Of a stretch of 63,067 nt of DNA, positions 45,485-55,265 are shown piece by piece. Source of the stretch: a virus (taxonomy: Duplodnaviria; Caudoviricetes); the IMG/VR virus record IMGVR_UViG_3300017963_000288, positions 1-63,067 of that record; one strand, 5' to 3'. The notes beneath the pieces were generated by a model. It had not been told where the DNA came from. It searched no databases and saw nothing but the letters and a program-made list of their open reading frames with translations. The first letter of the stretch is position 1; every line of letters begins with the position of its first letter. Both the position numbers and the translations under genes were made by a program.

Positions 45485-46153
45485 ATGCCACAACAACCGA
45501 GTATTTTTCTTATGGGTTGCGTGAATGGAGGCACGTCAATCATCGCCAAACTATATCAGACTCTCGGTTGGCACTACAACGAGAGTCACGAACACCACCG
45601 CAAGTTCATGGAAGTCGAGGCGGCGAATATCGCTACTGTTCGTCTTCGTAACGAAATGGACGGGTTGCCACGACGCCCCCCATCTCCAGCGGCGGCGATC
45701 AAACTCTTTGCCGAGTGGTTCGCATCTACAAACCACCCGACCATCTGCAAGGATCATCGTTTTTCGTTTTGTATGGATCGACTCTCGCGAAGCATCCTAG
45801 ACACCGAACCGAACGCAGCGCTCGTGTGGCTAAAAAAGGACATTACTAGTATTGCGGCGTCGATCCGTCGTCGACGAGGTGATAAGGGCTGGTGGTGGAA
45901 CCGCAGCCCAGAAAAATGGATCGCGGCGGCGGCGGAACAATATCAGCTATGGCCCGGCCAGAAATGGGTTGTGCAATACGAGAGCGTGCGTTCAACCATC
46001 GGGAAACAACCAAGGGATTTTCTACTAGAACTAGGGATTGAACTCTGGGTTGATCCCACACTACAATGCGTCCTTGACGCACAATCGCTATTCGACGTAA
46101 CTCGTGGCAAAAAAGGCAACCCACATCAGGGAAAAGACGGATGGCAGTATTGA
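45485..46153 (+). CDS. sulfotransferase-like P-loop protein
   Basis: IFLMGCVNGGTS (5'-PSB-like), CKDHR, VQYE. Confidence 0.6.
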   Translation: MPQQPSIFLMGCVNGGTSIIAKLYQTLGWHYNESHEHHRKFMEVEAANIATVRLRNEMDGLPRRPPSPAAAIKLFAEWFASTNHPTICKDHRFSFCMDRLSRSILDTEPNAALVWLKKDITSIAASIRRRRGDKGWWWNRSPEKWIAAAAEQYQLWPGQKWVVQYESVRSTIGKQPRDFLLELGIELWVDPTLQCVLDAQSLFDVTRGKKGNPHQGKDGWQY

Positions 46154-46833
46154 GTCCATACGAAGTGGCAGCCAAATGGGTTGACCTCTTTCGTGAGAGA
46201 ACGTCAGACATCATGCCACAACACAGTGGTATCCTTCCGAGTGAAATGCTACTCTTTGTTTCACAGTGTCTTGAGCGCGGCGTGCCACACGTTATTGAGT
46301 CAGGGCGGCTGCGAGGTTATAGCACAGAAGTTCTAGCGAAATTCAAGGATTTCTGGCATGTCACCAGCATCGAAAAGCGGCCGGATCGCCCAACCGATCA
46401 ACGCCTAGCGGCAAGATACAAACACGTCATGCTCTTATGTGGCGACGGCGTTCGTCTTGTGCGGGATTCCTTGACGTCACACCCTCGTTCCGGCATTTTG
46501 CTCGACGGTCCAAAGGGACTTGCCGGGCTCAAGCTGTTTTGGAATATCCGCAGGAACGCAACTGTCGTTGGGATTCACGACTTGTACCCACAAGGGACGC
46601 TGGACGACGACATGCGGATGATCTTGGCAATCTGCGGCGTCCGGGTGGCAGGTGGCAATCTCGCTCGCATTCTCGCAAACCAAATACCGGGAGCATACTT
46701 CTCGGATGCCCTGGTATTTGTGCGGGAGTTCGGTGACCTGGACGCCACAACGCTCACCCATATCGGCCATACGCACAAAACACTCTTGCCTTGTTCTTCC
46801 GTCTTGGGTATGTTTGACGGCCGAGTAAGATAA
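46141..46833 (+). CDS. methyltransferase-like protein
   Basis: IESGRLRGYST, LLDGPKG, VGIHD. Confidence 0.65.
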   Translation: MAVLSPYEVAAKWVDLFRERTSDIMPQHSGILPSEMLLFVSQCLERGVPHVIESGRLRGYSTEVLAKFKDFWHVTSIEKRPDRPTDQRLAARYKHVMLLCGDGVRLVRDSLTSHPRSGILLDGPKGLAGLKLFWNIRRNATVVGIHDLYPQGTLDDDMRMILAICGVRVAGGNLARILANQIPGAYFSDALVFVREFGDLDATTLTHIGHTHKTLLPCSSVLGMFDGRVR

Positions 46834-46852
46834 CCCATTGGAGGAAATTGGC

Positions 46853-47134
46853 ATGCCGAGCTATACATTTGACGTCAAAGGGACTAAACATACAGTCCAC
46901 GGCAACCGGGCACAAATCAACAGCGTCAAAGCCCTTGTTGCCGACCGTGATTCTCTGCAACGGAAACTCACGCAATCAGCGAGGGTCCGGATACCACCAA
47001 AGGGTTCATGTGATGAAATTAGCAATCAACCTCAAGATATTTCGGGGGGGGTATCCGCGACAACGAAAGACGAGGCGACTGGTTTACCTCGCCGCCATCG
47101 CCAAGCGGATGGGCCACGACGTTCGGATACATAG
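46853..47134 (+). CDS. hypothetical protein
   Basis: GGAGG RBS, but 3' part overlaps the next gene by ~120 nt. Confidence 0.35.
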   Translation: MPSYTFDVKGTKHTVHGNRAQINSVKALVADRDSLQRKLTQSARVRIPPKGSCDEISNQPQDISGGVSATTKDEATGLPRRHRQADGPRRSDT

Positions 47135-48008
47135 CCCGAACGGACATTCACGATATGATTTTTCCTCGCTGATTGATGGTATCCCTATTGATCGGGGTAA
47201 AGTGGCCGTCCAACCGGACGTGTATTTCTGTTCGCACCCAACATTGCTCAAGCATTATGGGCAAGTGCCAAAGGGATGCAAGATCGTCGCATGGAAAGAG
47301 ACGCTGCGGATATTGGACGATAAAGTATTGGCGGAGCGTGCCGACCTGATTGTTGGTTACGTCTGGCAACCGAAGGATTGGACTTTCCGCAACGTCAGAG
47401 TATCACCAAACCATCTATCTGAAGTCCAGCACAAGTATCTTCAAGTTCCGTGGCTTTGCCACGACCGCGTGCTTGACACGATCCACAAGGCCAAACTGAC
47501 GCCCGCATATCTCGACGATGACCTGGAGCCAATACGGGCGAAATGGGGATCAACAGAAAAGAAACGCAAGGTTGGGTTCATCGGCCAGTTGATCCCCCAT
47601 CGCAGCCGAGTTATGGCGAAGGTAGAGGCGGCTTTCGGTTGTGAAATCAAACAATGGGCCGGGGGTCATCATCCGTCCCTGCCGCCCGGTCAATATCTCC
47701 GCTGGCTGACCGAGTGTGACTTGAATCTCAACCTAGAGGGTGACACGTGGGGCTGCTCCCGATTGTCTGAATGTGCCATGATGGGGGCGGCGTTCGTTCA
47801 GTGCCGCCCAGAACGCCTCGCCTACGCCCCACCAATCTCGTCCGAGAATGCCATCCTCTGCCGTGATTGGACGGAAAGGGATATAATACTCGCCGGGATC
47901 GAACGTGCGTCAGACGTTGCGGAGGGGGCGACCAGAGCATATCTGGAGGGTTGGTCGCTCCGTGGACAGATTCTCCAGGTTTTCCACCGTTTAGGGGGGG
48001 GCGTATAA
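47013..48008 (+). CDS. GT-B-like glycosyltransferase
   Basis: AKRMGHDV; VGFIG; RLSECAMMG; paralog of the 32325 N-half. Confidence 0.65.
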   Translation: MKLAINLKIFRGGYPRQRKTRRLVYLAAIAKRMGHDVRIHSPNGHSRYDFSSLIDGIPIDRGKVAVQPDVYFCSHPTLLKHYGQVPKGCKIVAWKETLRILDDKVLAERADLIVGYVWQPKDWTFRNVRVSPNHLSEVQHKYLQVPWLCHDRVLDTIHKAKLTPAYLDDDLEPIRAKWGSTEKKRKVGFIGQLIPHRSRVMAKVEAAFGCEIKQWAGGHHPSLPPGQYLRWLTECDLNLNLEGDTWGCSRLSECAMMGAAFVQCRPERLAYAPPISSENAILCRDWTERDIILAGIERASDVAEGATRAYLEGWSLRGQILQVFHRLGGGV

Positions 48009-49012
48009 TGCCGGTTATTCGCGTCGTTTTCGACGTACCGAAGTGGACTTGGCACCACCGAGCGATGGACCTCGCCACCTTCGCGCCCCCAGAGTACACG
48101 GTCCATACGCACAAGGAATCAACGTTCTTGAATCACTTGAAGGACCCGGGTTTCGTATCTGGTGTCGATGCTGTGTTTTTCATGGGTTGGGCCAGTTGTC
48201 CGATCCAACGCATCAGAAAAGCGGGCTGCAAGCGGCTCGTATCTTTAGTGACTTCGGCCGGACCCGCTTACCGCGCCGTGAACGATGGAGATTGGAACAC
48301 CTGGATCGTCACGGGCAGTCGCAATTACGCAAACGCCCACACAAAACTCCCACGATACGATGCTATAATTGTCGTCAATCGCTTCCTTGCCGATGCCTGC
48401 CGAAATCACACAACGCGACCAATTTATTTGATCCCAAGTGGCGTGAATACTGATGCGTATTCGCCATCGCCAAGCGGTCGCGAACAGCACAATGGCTTTC
48501 GCGTCGGCTGGTGCGCCAACATCAACGGCACACACACCGTCAAAGGATACAAGGAAATACTCGAACCACTAATTGCGGAAACGCCGGAATGGAAGTGGTG
48601 CGTCAATACGCGGAACCATCGTCGCGCATGGACGCGAGAACAAATGGTAGACTGGTATCGCACATTGGACGCCTTTGTGTGTACGTCGATTTGTGAAGGG
48701 ACGCCCTCGCCGGTTTTTGAAGCTGCATCCTGTGGTGTGCCGATAGTCTCAACAGACGTTGGGTGCGTGAGGGATTGGCAATTGCCCCATGACCTACACT
48801 TGATTGCGCCCGCCTATCAGAACGCAAAACAAGCGGGCGTCTCCCGCGAACACCTACGAGCGTCCCTGTCCGCCATTGCAAACATGCCACCCGCCGAGCG
48901 AACGCTGTTGGGATTCGAGTTGCGTTCGAGCGTCTGTAAACTGTTTGACTACCGCGTTATATCCCCGCGCACAATGGAGGCGTTATGTCAGACAAACGGA
49001 AGCGAGCGTTGA
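48008..49012 (+). CDS. GT4-like glycosyltransferase
   Basis: SGVNTD, VGWC, TSICEGTPSPVFEAASCGVPIVSTDVG. Confidence 0.88.
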   Translation: MPVIRVVFDVPKWTWHHRAMDLATFAPPEYTVHTHKESTFLNHLKDPGFVSGVDAVFFMGWASCPIQRIRKAGCKRLVSLVTSAGPAYRAVNDGDWNTWIVTGSRNYANAHTKLPRYDAIIVVNRFLADACRNHTTRPIYLIPSGVNTDAYSPSPSGREQHNGFRVGWCANINGTHTVKGYKEILEPLIAETPEWKWCVNTRNHRRAWTREQMVDWYRTLDAFVCTSICEGTPSPVFEAASCGVPIVSTDVGCVRDWQLPHDLHLIAPAYQNAKQAGVSREHLRASLSAIANMPPAERTLLGFELRSSVCKLFDYRVISPRTMEALCQTNGSER

Positions 49013-49995
49013 TCCTGTATGATGTTCCCGGTTGGGCACAGCATCGTTTCGCGTGTGGTATTCGCTCACATGCGCCGGACTGGTGCGAAGTTGACGTCGG
49101 CATCGCTGGTGAATATCTCAACGGTGGCATCGACGCGGACCGTATCGCACAATATGACGGTGTCCTTGCTCCATTATTCGCAATGTATCGGCGTTCGGGA
49201 GTGCGGCGACTCGTCGGTTTGTTAGCCAGCCACGCGTTGATGTTCTCGCGATATGACAAAGACGATTGGCGAACACTCGGCGTCACAAAGGACCGCCATC
49301 GCCGGCACGCCGCGAATGTACTACAAAACGTCGACGGGGCAATCGCCAGAAATCGCGAGTTGCGATTCTCATTGTCGGAATATCACGACCATATCGTAAC
49401 GATCCCTGTCGGTGTTGACCTTTCGGTTTTCAATAACACCGGCCGTCATTATAGCAAATCGGGGGAGCCTTTGCGTATTGGGTGGTGCGGTAATAAGGCA
49501 TGCAAGTTAGATCGAAACTTCAAGGGGTACGAGCGAATCCTCCAGCCGCTAATGCGCAGGACGGGAGGGCGTTACGAATGGCATGTGAACACCAACTCCC
49601 ATAAAGAGGCGATCCCACCAGAGGGAATGGCGAAATGGTATCGGGCGTGTGATGTGTTCATCACGACGGCATCGGCAGAGGGGACGCCAAACCCGGCCTA
49701 CGAGGCGGCCGCTTGTGGCTGTTGCGTTATCTCAACGGACGTCGGTGGCATTACAGACTGGGTTGCCATGCGATCACTCGCACAGATCGTCCCGACGTAC
49801 CGAAATAAAGAGGAAGCGGCCGTTACGATCCGTGCGTTTGAACAATTACTGCATGGCTTTGACAAGAAGCGTGAACTTGTCGAACAAGCGGGGGGTATAC
49901 TTGCTCATGATGTTGGTCGGCGATATTCTTATCGCGTTCTCGCCCCCGGTATACTCCAGTTTGTCACACTGCACGAAGGCAAGCAGCGACCGTGA
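48985..49995 (+). CDS. GT4-like glycosyltransferase
   Basis: GVDLSVF, IGWCG, SAEGTPNPAYEAAACGCCVISTDVG. Confidence 0.88.
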   Translation: MSDKRKRALILYDVPGWAQHRFACGIRSHAPDWCEVDVGIAGEYLNGGIDADRIAQYDGVLAPLFAMYRRSGVRRLVGLLASHALMFSRYDKDDWRTLGVTKDRHRRHAANVLQNVDGAIARNRELRFSLSEYHDHIVTIPVGVDLSVFNNTGRHYSKSGEPLRIGWCGNKACKLDRNFKGYERILQPLMRRTGGRYEWHVNTNSHKEAIPPEGMAKWYRACDVFITTASAEGTPNPAYEAAACGCCVISTDVGGITDWVAMRSLAQIVPTYRNKEEAAVTIRAFEQLLHGFDKKRELVEQAGGILAHDVGRRYSYRVLAPGILQFVTLHEGKQRP

Positions 49996-51011
49996 AAGTC
50001 CTGTTGATTTACGACCTCGACGGATGGGCTTTCCACCATATCGCATGTGGGCTACAAAGCTATGCGCCGGATTGGGTTGACGTTACCATCGCGTCGCACG
50101 AAGAATACTATGCCGACATCAGGGAACACAAACCGCGGGTGACAGCCTACGACGCTATACTTGCGATTTCACTCTGTACGGCACGCCCACGACTCCCTAA
50201 ACCGATCTGGATTGGGTTCGCCTGCCATTGCGGATTCAGTTATGACACGGAAACGCTCTACGATTTCCGGACCCTTGGCGTCAATCCTCGTCGATGCCGC
50301 AAAGCGGCATGGGCTTATGTGACGAATGAAGTGGACTGGATTTTCGCATGCAATTCACAAGTCGCAAACGCCTTTCGTGCATATGCTCCGCAGCGGGTAT
50401 CACTCCTGCCGCAGGGCATAGACACTGATTTGTTTACGCCCCGCCGCTGGCGCGAGCCTAAAACGGTACTTACAGCCGGGTGGTGTGGACAACCGGCACC
50501 GTGCAAGGGTCGCTCTCAAGTTTTGCGACCCCTGATAACCGCCCTCGGCCCCTCGTGGCGATGGCGGATCAATTCGAGAACGCATGGCACGGCTCTTAGT
50601 CCAGCGGAAATGGTAAAATGGTATCGCAATCTGGACTTGTTCGTCTGTACTAGCACGAGTGAAGGTGGCCCACTAACTCCGTTCGAGGCTGCGTCGTGTG
50701 GCGTCCCGGTCTTGTCAACGGACATCGGTAGCGTTCGTGATTGGAATCTCATCCACGATGTCGGCCTCATTCTGCCGGAATACAAGAACCACCGTGACGC
50801 AAAACGTGTCGTCACACTGGCGGTCGGCATCATGAACCATTGGCGACCAACCAGAGAATTATCTGAAACATTCCGGACGGACATCGTAGAATCGCGGTCA
50901 TGGAAAACCTTAGCTGCGCGATGGTTCGACGAAATAAAGAACGTCGTGGAACGTAAGCCGACGCTTCCTTGTGGGTTTGCCAAGGAATTGCGACGATTGA
51001 AAGTCAAATAA
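49992..51011 (+). CDS. GT4-like glycosyltransferase
   Basis: GIDTDLF, AGWCG, TSEGGPLTPFEAASCGVPVLSTDIG. Confidence 0.88.
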   Translation: MKVLLIYDLDGWAFHHIACGLQSYAPDWVDVTIASHEEYYADIREHKPRVTAYDAILAISLCTARPRLPKPIWIGFACHCGFSYDTETLYDFRTLGVNPRRCRKAAWAYVTNEVDWIFACNSQVANAFRAYAPQRVSLLPQGIDTDLFTPRRWREPKTVLTAGWCGQPAPCKGRSQVLRPLITALGPSWRWRINSRTHGTALSPAEMVKWYRNLDLFVCTSTSEGGPLTPFEAASCGVPVLSTDIGSVRDWNLIHDVGLILPEYKNHRDAKRVVTLAVGIMNHWRPTRELSETFRTDIVESRSWKTLAARWFDEIKNVVERKPTLPCGFAKELRRLKVK

Positions 51012-51044
51012 ATAGCAACTGCGGTAAATGTCTTCACGAAAGGG

Positions 51045-52019
51045 TTGATGATGAATCTTTTGGTGCTTTTCCCGCGTCAATTATGGACGCGAAAGCAGAG
51101 TCCAGTTCGCCGCCATGCGATTCTCGCTCTACAAAGGCACGACGATACAACCGTCAAGATCAGTGGGCAGGGGTGGCCCGACTGGCGGCATGACATCGAC
51201 GGGGGCTCGGTTGCGATGATCGAGCAACTGATGCCGGATGCCGATGCTGTTTTCTGGTACAAGCCGCTCGGGACCAGAGGAATCCCACCGCTGGATGATT
51301 CGCGAGCCGTAAGGGATCGGTGGTTGACGGTGGAATCCTTCAACGAGTGCTGGTGGCCGGACAATCGGGCAGAGCGTGAAGCGACGGAAGCGGGCACGTC
51401 GCTGGTGATCTGCCACCACGCAAACGACAAGCCGCAGTTTCGGACCTTACCGACGGTTCACATTCCGCATTGCGCCGAAAAGTCGATCTTCGCCAGGGCC
51501 GCGAAGCCTTGGAAGAAACGCGACATTGACGTTCTGCTTTGCGGAGTTCAGAGCCCAAGCATCTACCCACTTCGGGCTCGATGGTTGGAATTGTACCGCG
51601 CAAACAAACTGCCGGGACACGCAGTCCATTATGAGCGGCCGCCATACCGCGCGAAAGACCTCAATAAGTGCGACGAGTTGGTAGCCGAATACGCAACCAT
51701 GCTCGGCCGATCTAAGATTATCCTCGGTTGCACGTCGCGCTACAAATATCCGCTTGCGAGGTTTCCAGAAGCAGCGATGGCGGGTGCCGTCCATGTCAGC
51801 GATACGCCGGAGCAGGCCCCGGTTGGATACGATAAGATGATCTGCCCGGTCGATCCAGCCATGCCGGAAGCGATGCTCATCGAGACGGTGGTCGCGGCCC
51901 TGGATCAAGCCGCCTCGATGCAACCACAAGAGGTCGCAATGGAGTTGTTTACGCAGGAATGTTACGCGAGCCGTTTCCTCGGAGCAATAGATCGGTCACT
52001 CGCACAAGGGCCGCGATGA
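51045..52019 (+). CDS. Glyco_trans_1_2/CgeB-like glycosyltransferase
   Basis: RDIDVLLCG...YPLR...SKIILG...RFPEAAMAG. Confidence 0.7.
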   Translation: MMMNLLVLFPRQLWTRKQSPVRRHAILALQRHDDTTVKISGQGWPDWRHDIDGGSVAMIEQLMPDADAVFWYKPLGTRGIPPLDDSRAVRDRWLTVESFNECWWPDNRAEREATEAGTSLVICHHANDKPQFRTLPTVHIPHCAEKSIFARAAKPWKKRDIDVLLCGVQSPSIYPLRARWLELYRANKLPGHAVHYERPPYRAKDLNKCDELVAEYATMLGRSKIILGCTSRYKYPLARFPEAAMAGAVHVSDTPEQAPVGYDKMICPVDPAMPEAMLIETVVAALDQAASMQPQEVAMELFTQECYASRFLGAIDRSLAQGPR

Positions 52020-52564
52020 TGGTTACAAGACGCTCTGGCAGGACTGGCGAGATCGCTATTGACGGGCTCGCTGTTGCGCCCATTCACTCATGGCAGATCA
52101 AGCACGATGTCCCGACATTCGACGCGCACGCCCAAGAGAATTGGTCAACATTCTCATTCCAAAGAGGCCGCACGACTATTACCTGCGAGTTTCTTGTGCC
52201 AACTGCCGTCCTGAGTCAGTTCTGTGATGTCTGCGCACCGGGTGTTGTGGTTGACGTGCGATTGTATTGCTCAGACCAGAGTGACTACCATGGGGCATAT
52301 CGGGTCACAGATATTGAGGTTGAGGTTCAGGAACCGCCAGCACATCAGCGCGTGATATTGACTCTCGGTGAATCGCCGTCGATGACTTTGCCGCTCGGTA
52401 CGCCACTTGAGAGTTCCATTGTTTCCGTGCCGTCGAACGTCGCTTCTGTGTTACATGACGCTCTTTCCTCGGCGATGGCATCACAGCCACAACCGAAACC
52501 GAAACCGAAACCGAAACCGAAACCGAAGTTCACTCGGCAGATTGTGTTTGACGATGATGAGTAA
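52016..52564 (+). CDS. tail-tube-like paralog with (PK)n linker and acidic tail
   Basis: N-terminus RSGRTGEIAIDGLAVAPIHSWQI resembles RTGKYGRVKAGANVLAYADKWDM of 58365-58766. Confidence 0.55.
   Translation: MMVTRRSGRTGEIAIDGLAVAPIHSWQIKHDVPTFDAHAQENWSTFSFQRGRTTITCEFLVPTAVLSQFCDVCAPGVVVDVRLYCSDQSDYHGAYRVTDIEVEVQEPPAHQRVILTLGESPSMTLPLGTPLESSIVSVPSNVASVLHDALSSAMASQPQPKPKPKPKPKPKFTRQIVFDDDE
52491..52526 (+). repeat. (AACCGA)6 hexamer microsatellite encoding PKPKPK
   Basis: Six perfect units read directly. Confidence 0.95.
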
Positions 52565-52850
52565 GCCACGCCTCACACCCCGCAGGAAATCGGCCCTTCC
52601 AGCCGACCAAAGCCCAGAACCAGAAGTGGCGAGTTGAGCACCCTCGGTTCATCTTGGCGCAATTGCCGCTGGTGAAATGCTCGCAATCCTGGCAGATCGT
52701 GAACCGCCGCTCAATTTCCGGCATGTCGTAGAGCGTCTTCCCCGCCTCGACGGCTTCGGCTGCGCGGTATAGCGTCACGTCGCTGTACCGCGCTCCGCCG
52801 CTGAGAACCTCCGCCCGGTGACGAAGAAACCGTCGAGTTGAGTCATTCAT
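52530..52850 (-). CDS. Cys-containing hypothetical protein, end of the tail operon
   Basis: ICQDCEHF..C...C; ATGA overlap. Confidence 0.6.
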   Translation of the reverse strand: MNDSTRRFLRHRAEVLSGGARYSDVTLYRAAEAVEAGKTLYDMPEIERRFTICQDCEHFTSGNCAKMNRGCSTRHFWFWALVGWKGRFPAGCEAWLTHHRQTQSAE

Positions 52851-53449
52851 GTCGCTGTAATGGTACAGGTAGCGGAGGAAAAGTCACACGCCGTCATGGT
52901 ATCGGTCAGCGGATCGTATGTCAGTGTTTCGTCGCTCAAACTACAATCGGGCTTACTAGCCCATTCTTTGTAGAAATCGACGGTGGTCGTTGCGCAATGC
53001 TCGCTGTAAAGCGCGGCCTGGACAAAGACGCCATAATTCCCCAGAAGCGTATACCAGAGAACCTGGACCAGATAGCTTTGCGCGCCGCACCCGCCTCCGC
53101 AATCGTGTCCGGGGGTATCATAATCGCCTGCGCCGGGACCGGGGAAGTACATAAGACAGTTATTGACTGGTTCATCTGTACTAGGGATGCAAGGAAAGGT
53201 GTCATTCCAATAGCCGGTGCAATAAGCGGCAGTTCCGCACGTTCCGTTCGCAACACCTGAAAACGTCACATTGTAGCCGTCAGGCATCCCGCCAGTACAG
53301 TAATCACAAGGCGGCCCACCCTCACAACAGCACGGGTAGCCGTAGCCATACTCGCGAAAGATTGGAAGCCGTCGCCGGTCGCGACGTGGCCGGAAATCGA
53401 GCGGATCGCCGGGCTTCCATAATGTCTTGTCTGGCGTCCATAGAGTCAT
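52847..53449 (-). CDS. Cys-rich tail-associated protein
   Basis: PCCC...C..C and further Cys; position after tail-tip genes. Confidence 0.65.
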   Translation of the reverse strand: MTLWTPDKTLWKPGDPLDFRPRRDRRRLPIFREYGYGYPCCCEGGPPCDYCTGGMPDGYNVTFSGVANGTCGTAAYCTGYWNDTFPCIPSTDEPVNNCLMYFPGPGAGDYDTPGHDCGGGCGAQSYLVQVLWYTLLGNYGVFVQAALYSEHCATTTVDFYKEWASKPDCSLSDETLTYDPLTDTMTACDFSSATCTITAT

Positions 53450-54402
53450 GCCGGGCAGGGACCAACGAACGTGTCCCAGTCCTCCTGTTCATCATTCCAG
53501 CCGAGAATCACAACAGCGTTATTGTCAAGTTCGCCGTCGGCCTGATTATTTGCCTCCGTTGGAGCGGTCCCGTCCGAACTCATAAAGAGTGCGGTGTCCA
53601 CCGGCTGCATGATAGTCACATTGTCGATATTGTAGGTCGCATCTGTATCGGCAACCCCACCGGCCTCGTTTACTAGGGCTCGGATCATCGTGGCGTGTGG
53701 TTGCAGTTTTTCAATCTCCCAAAGTTGGGAGTCGCCGAAATACCGAGCGCGGCCTCGCGACCCAGCGCACACCCCAGCGTTCCTCGCACGGCCACGAAAC
53801 TCAGAGTGACGATCATAAACCTCGAACTCGATGTTCGTGTTTGGCGTGAGGGTGCCTGACAAATCTTCAAGTAGGTAGGCCGTCGCTTGCCCCCCTGGCG
53901 CAAGCGTATCCTTCAACTCGAACCGCCACACACTCAAAGGCGGAGCGAGTGATTCCCAGCGGCCCGATTGGCGAGATAAACCGGCAATTATTCGGTCATT
54001 GTTTCCACATCGCGCAATCCCGATGCCGATGCCATCATCGTTGCGAAAACAATTGGGTAGATAGATCGTCGGTGCATGGTCCGTAAATTCTTGGTAGGTA
54101 TATTCCGTTGGGTGGTAGCGGACAACTCGACAATTCTCAACCCATGGGACATCCGGTTCTGACGCACTACCAGCGGTGCGAGTTGGGTCGGGCCATTGCA
54201 CCGCCTCAGTCAACTCGAATGTGGCGACGCGCGAATAACCAGACCCTTTGACTGTAATTCCACCGGGACCGGCGCCGACAGTAATACCGCCCGCCCCCGT
54301 CGCCTTGCTTGCCATTTCGGCTTGCGACATGGCATCATTCATGCCGCTGGCTGATGTTTCGGACCACCGCTGTCCACGGTGGAATCGCGGCAGCTTCTTC
54401 AT
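53446..54402 (-). CDS. putative tail tip/fibre protein
   Basis: Second gene after the tape measure; Gly-rich GAGGITVGAGPGGITV. Confidence 0.6.
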   Translation of the reverse strand: MKKLPRFHRGQRWSETSASGMNDAMSQAEMASKATGAGGITVGAGPGGITVKGSGYSRVATFELTEAVQWPDPTRTAGSASEPDVPWVENCRVVRYHPTEYTYQEFTDHAPTIYLPNCFRNDDGIGIGIARCGNNDRIIAGLSRQSGRWESLAPPLSVWRFELKDTLAPGGQATAYLLEDLSGTLTPNTNIEFEVYDRHSEFRGRARNAGVCAGSRGRARYFGDSQLWEIEKLQPHATMIRALVNEAGGVADTDATYNIDNVTIMQPVDTALFMSSDGTAPTEANNQADGELDNNAVVILGWNDEQEDWDTFVGPCPA

Positions 54403-54404
54403 TG

Positions 54405-55259
54405 TTACTCCGCAATAGCGGCAAAGTTGAACAGTTCCGTCAAGTCCTCGGCGGGATAGACTTGCGTTTCGCCTGTCTCTGCGTTTTCAATTCGCTGCCA
54501 TGGCACGGCCGCGCCGGGACGGTAGAAGTGGTTCCAACCGATCCCACTCGTGAGAACCCCGCCATCTTTATAGGAAATGTTTTTCTCTATAAACTCGTAA
54601 TGAATCGTATAGATCGGCCACCCATCCGTGTCATACACCCTATTTGACCCATACCCGGCGAACATGATCGTCTCCGCCACGCAACCAAAAATGGTGGCGT
54701 TGTTTGTACAACCGATCAGTTTGTGCATTGCAGCGAATGGTGGCTCTACGACGTTATCCCATGTCAGACGATGCGTTGTCGTCGGAATCTTAATACCGAC
54801 TTCCACATTATCCGGTAGCGGGTCTTTCGGCGCGGTCGCCCAAACGAACCCATGACTGGGTATCGTCATCATTTCGACGGACGATTCCATGTCATGCGTT
54901 AGGTAAGTGCCAGCGGGCGTATCAGGGTCGGTGTCGTCCTGGCCATTCGCCTCAAGTAATTTGCCTGTGTATGTTAGGATCGCTTTGCGGAACTCATAAA
55001 CGGTTCCGCTTACGGGTGGTTTTTCCGGTTCCCAATGGTCGAAATTCAGGCCGGTTAGTATCATCCAATTGTGTTCCGGGTGACGAACCTTCTGCGTGAT
55101 ACGGAACCCTTGCCCGGCGACGAAGGTCGCACCAAGTAAATCCTCCATTAAGTTCTGTATGTCACTACCTGCAATCTTGATTTCACGAGTCGCTGTGGCG
55201 GCGCCACCGTTCCATGTTGGGCCAGTTCGCCGCAACTCGTCAAGTATGGTCGCCGTCAT
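54405..55259 (-). CDS. putative distal tail/baseplate protein
   Basis: Immediately downstream of the tape measure. Confidence 0.6.
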   Translation of the reverse strand: MTATILDELRRTGPTWNGGAATATREIKIAGSDIQNLMEDLLGATFVAGQGFRITQKVRHPEHNWMILTGLNFDHWEPEKPPVSGTVYEFRKAILTYTGKLLEANGQDDTDPDTPAGTYLTHDMESSVEMMTIPSHGFVWATAPKDPLPDNVEVGIKIPTTTHRLTWDNVVEPPFAAMHKLIGCTNNATIFGCVAETIMFAGYGSNRVYDTDGWPIYTIHYEFIEKNISYKDGGVLTSGIGWNHFYRPGAAVPWQRIENAETGETQVYPAEDLTELFNFAAIAE

Positions 55260-55265
55260 ATCGTG

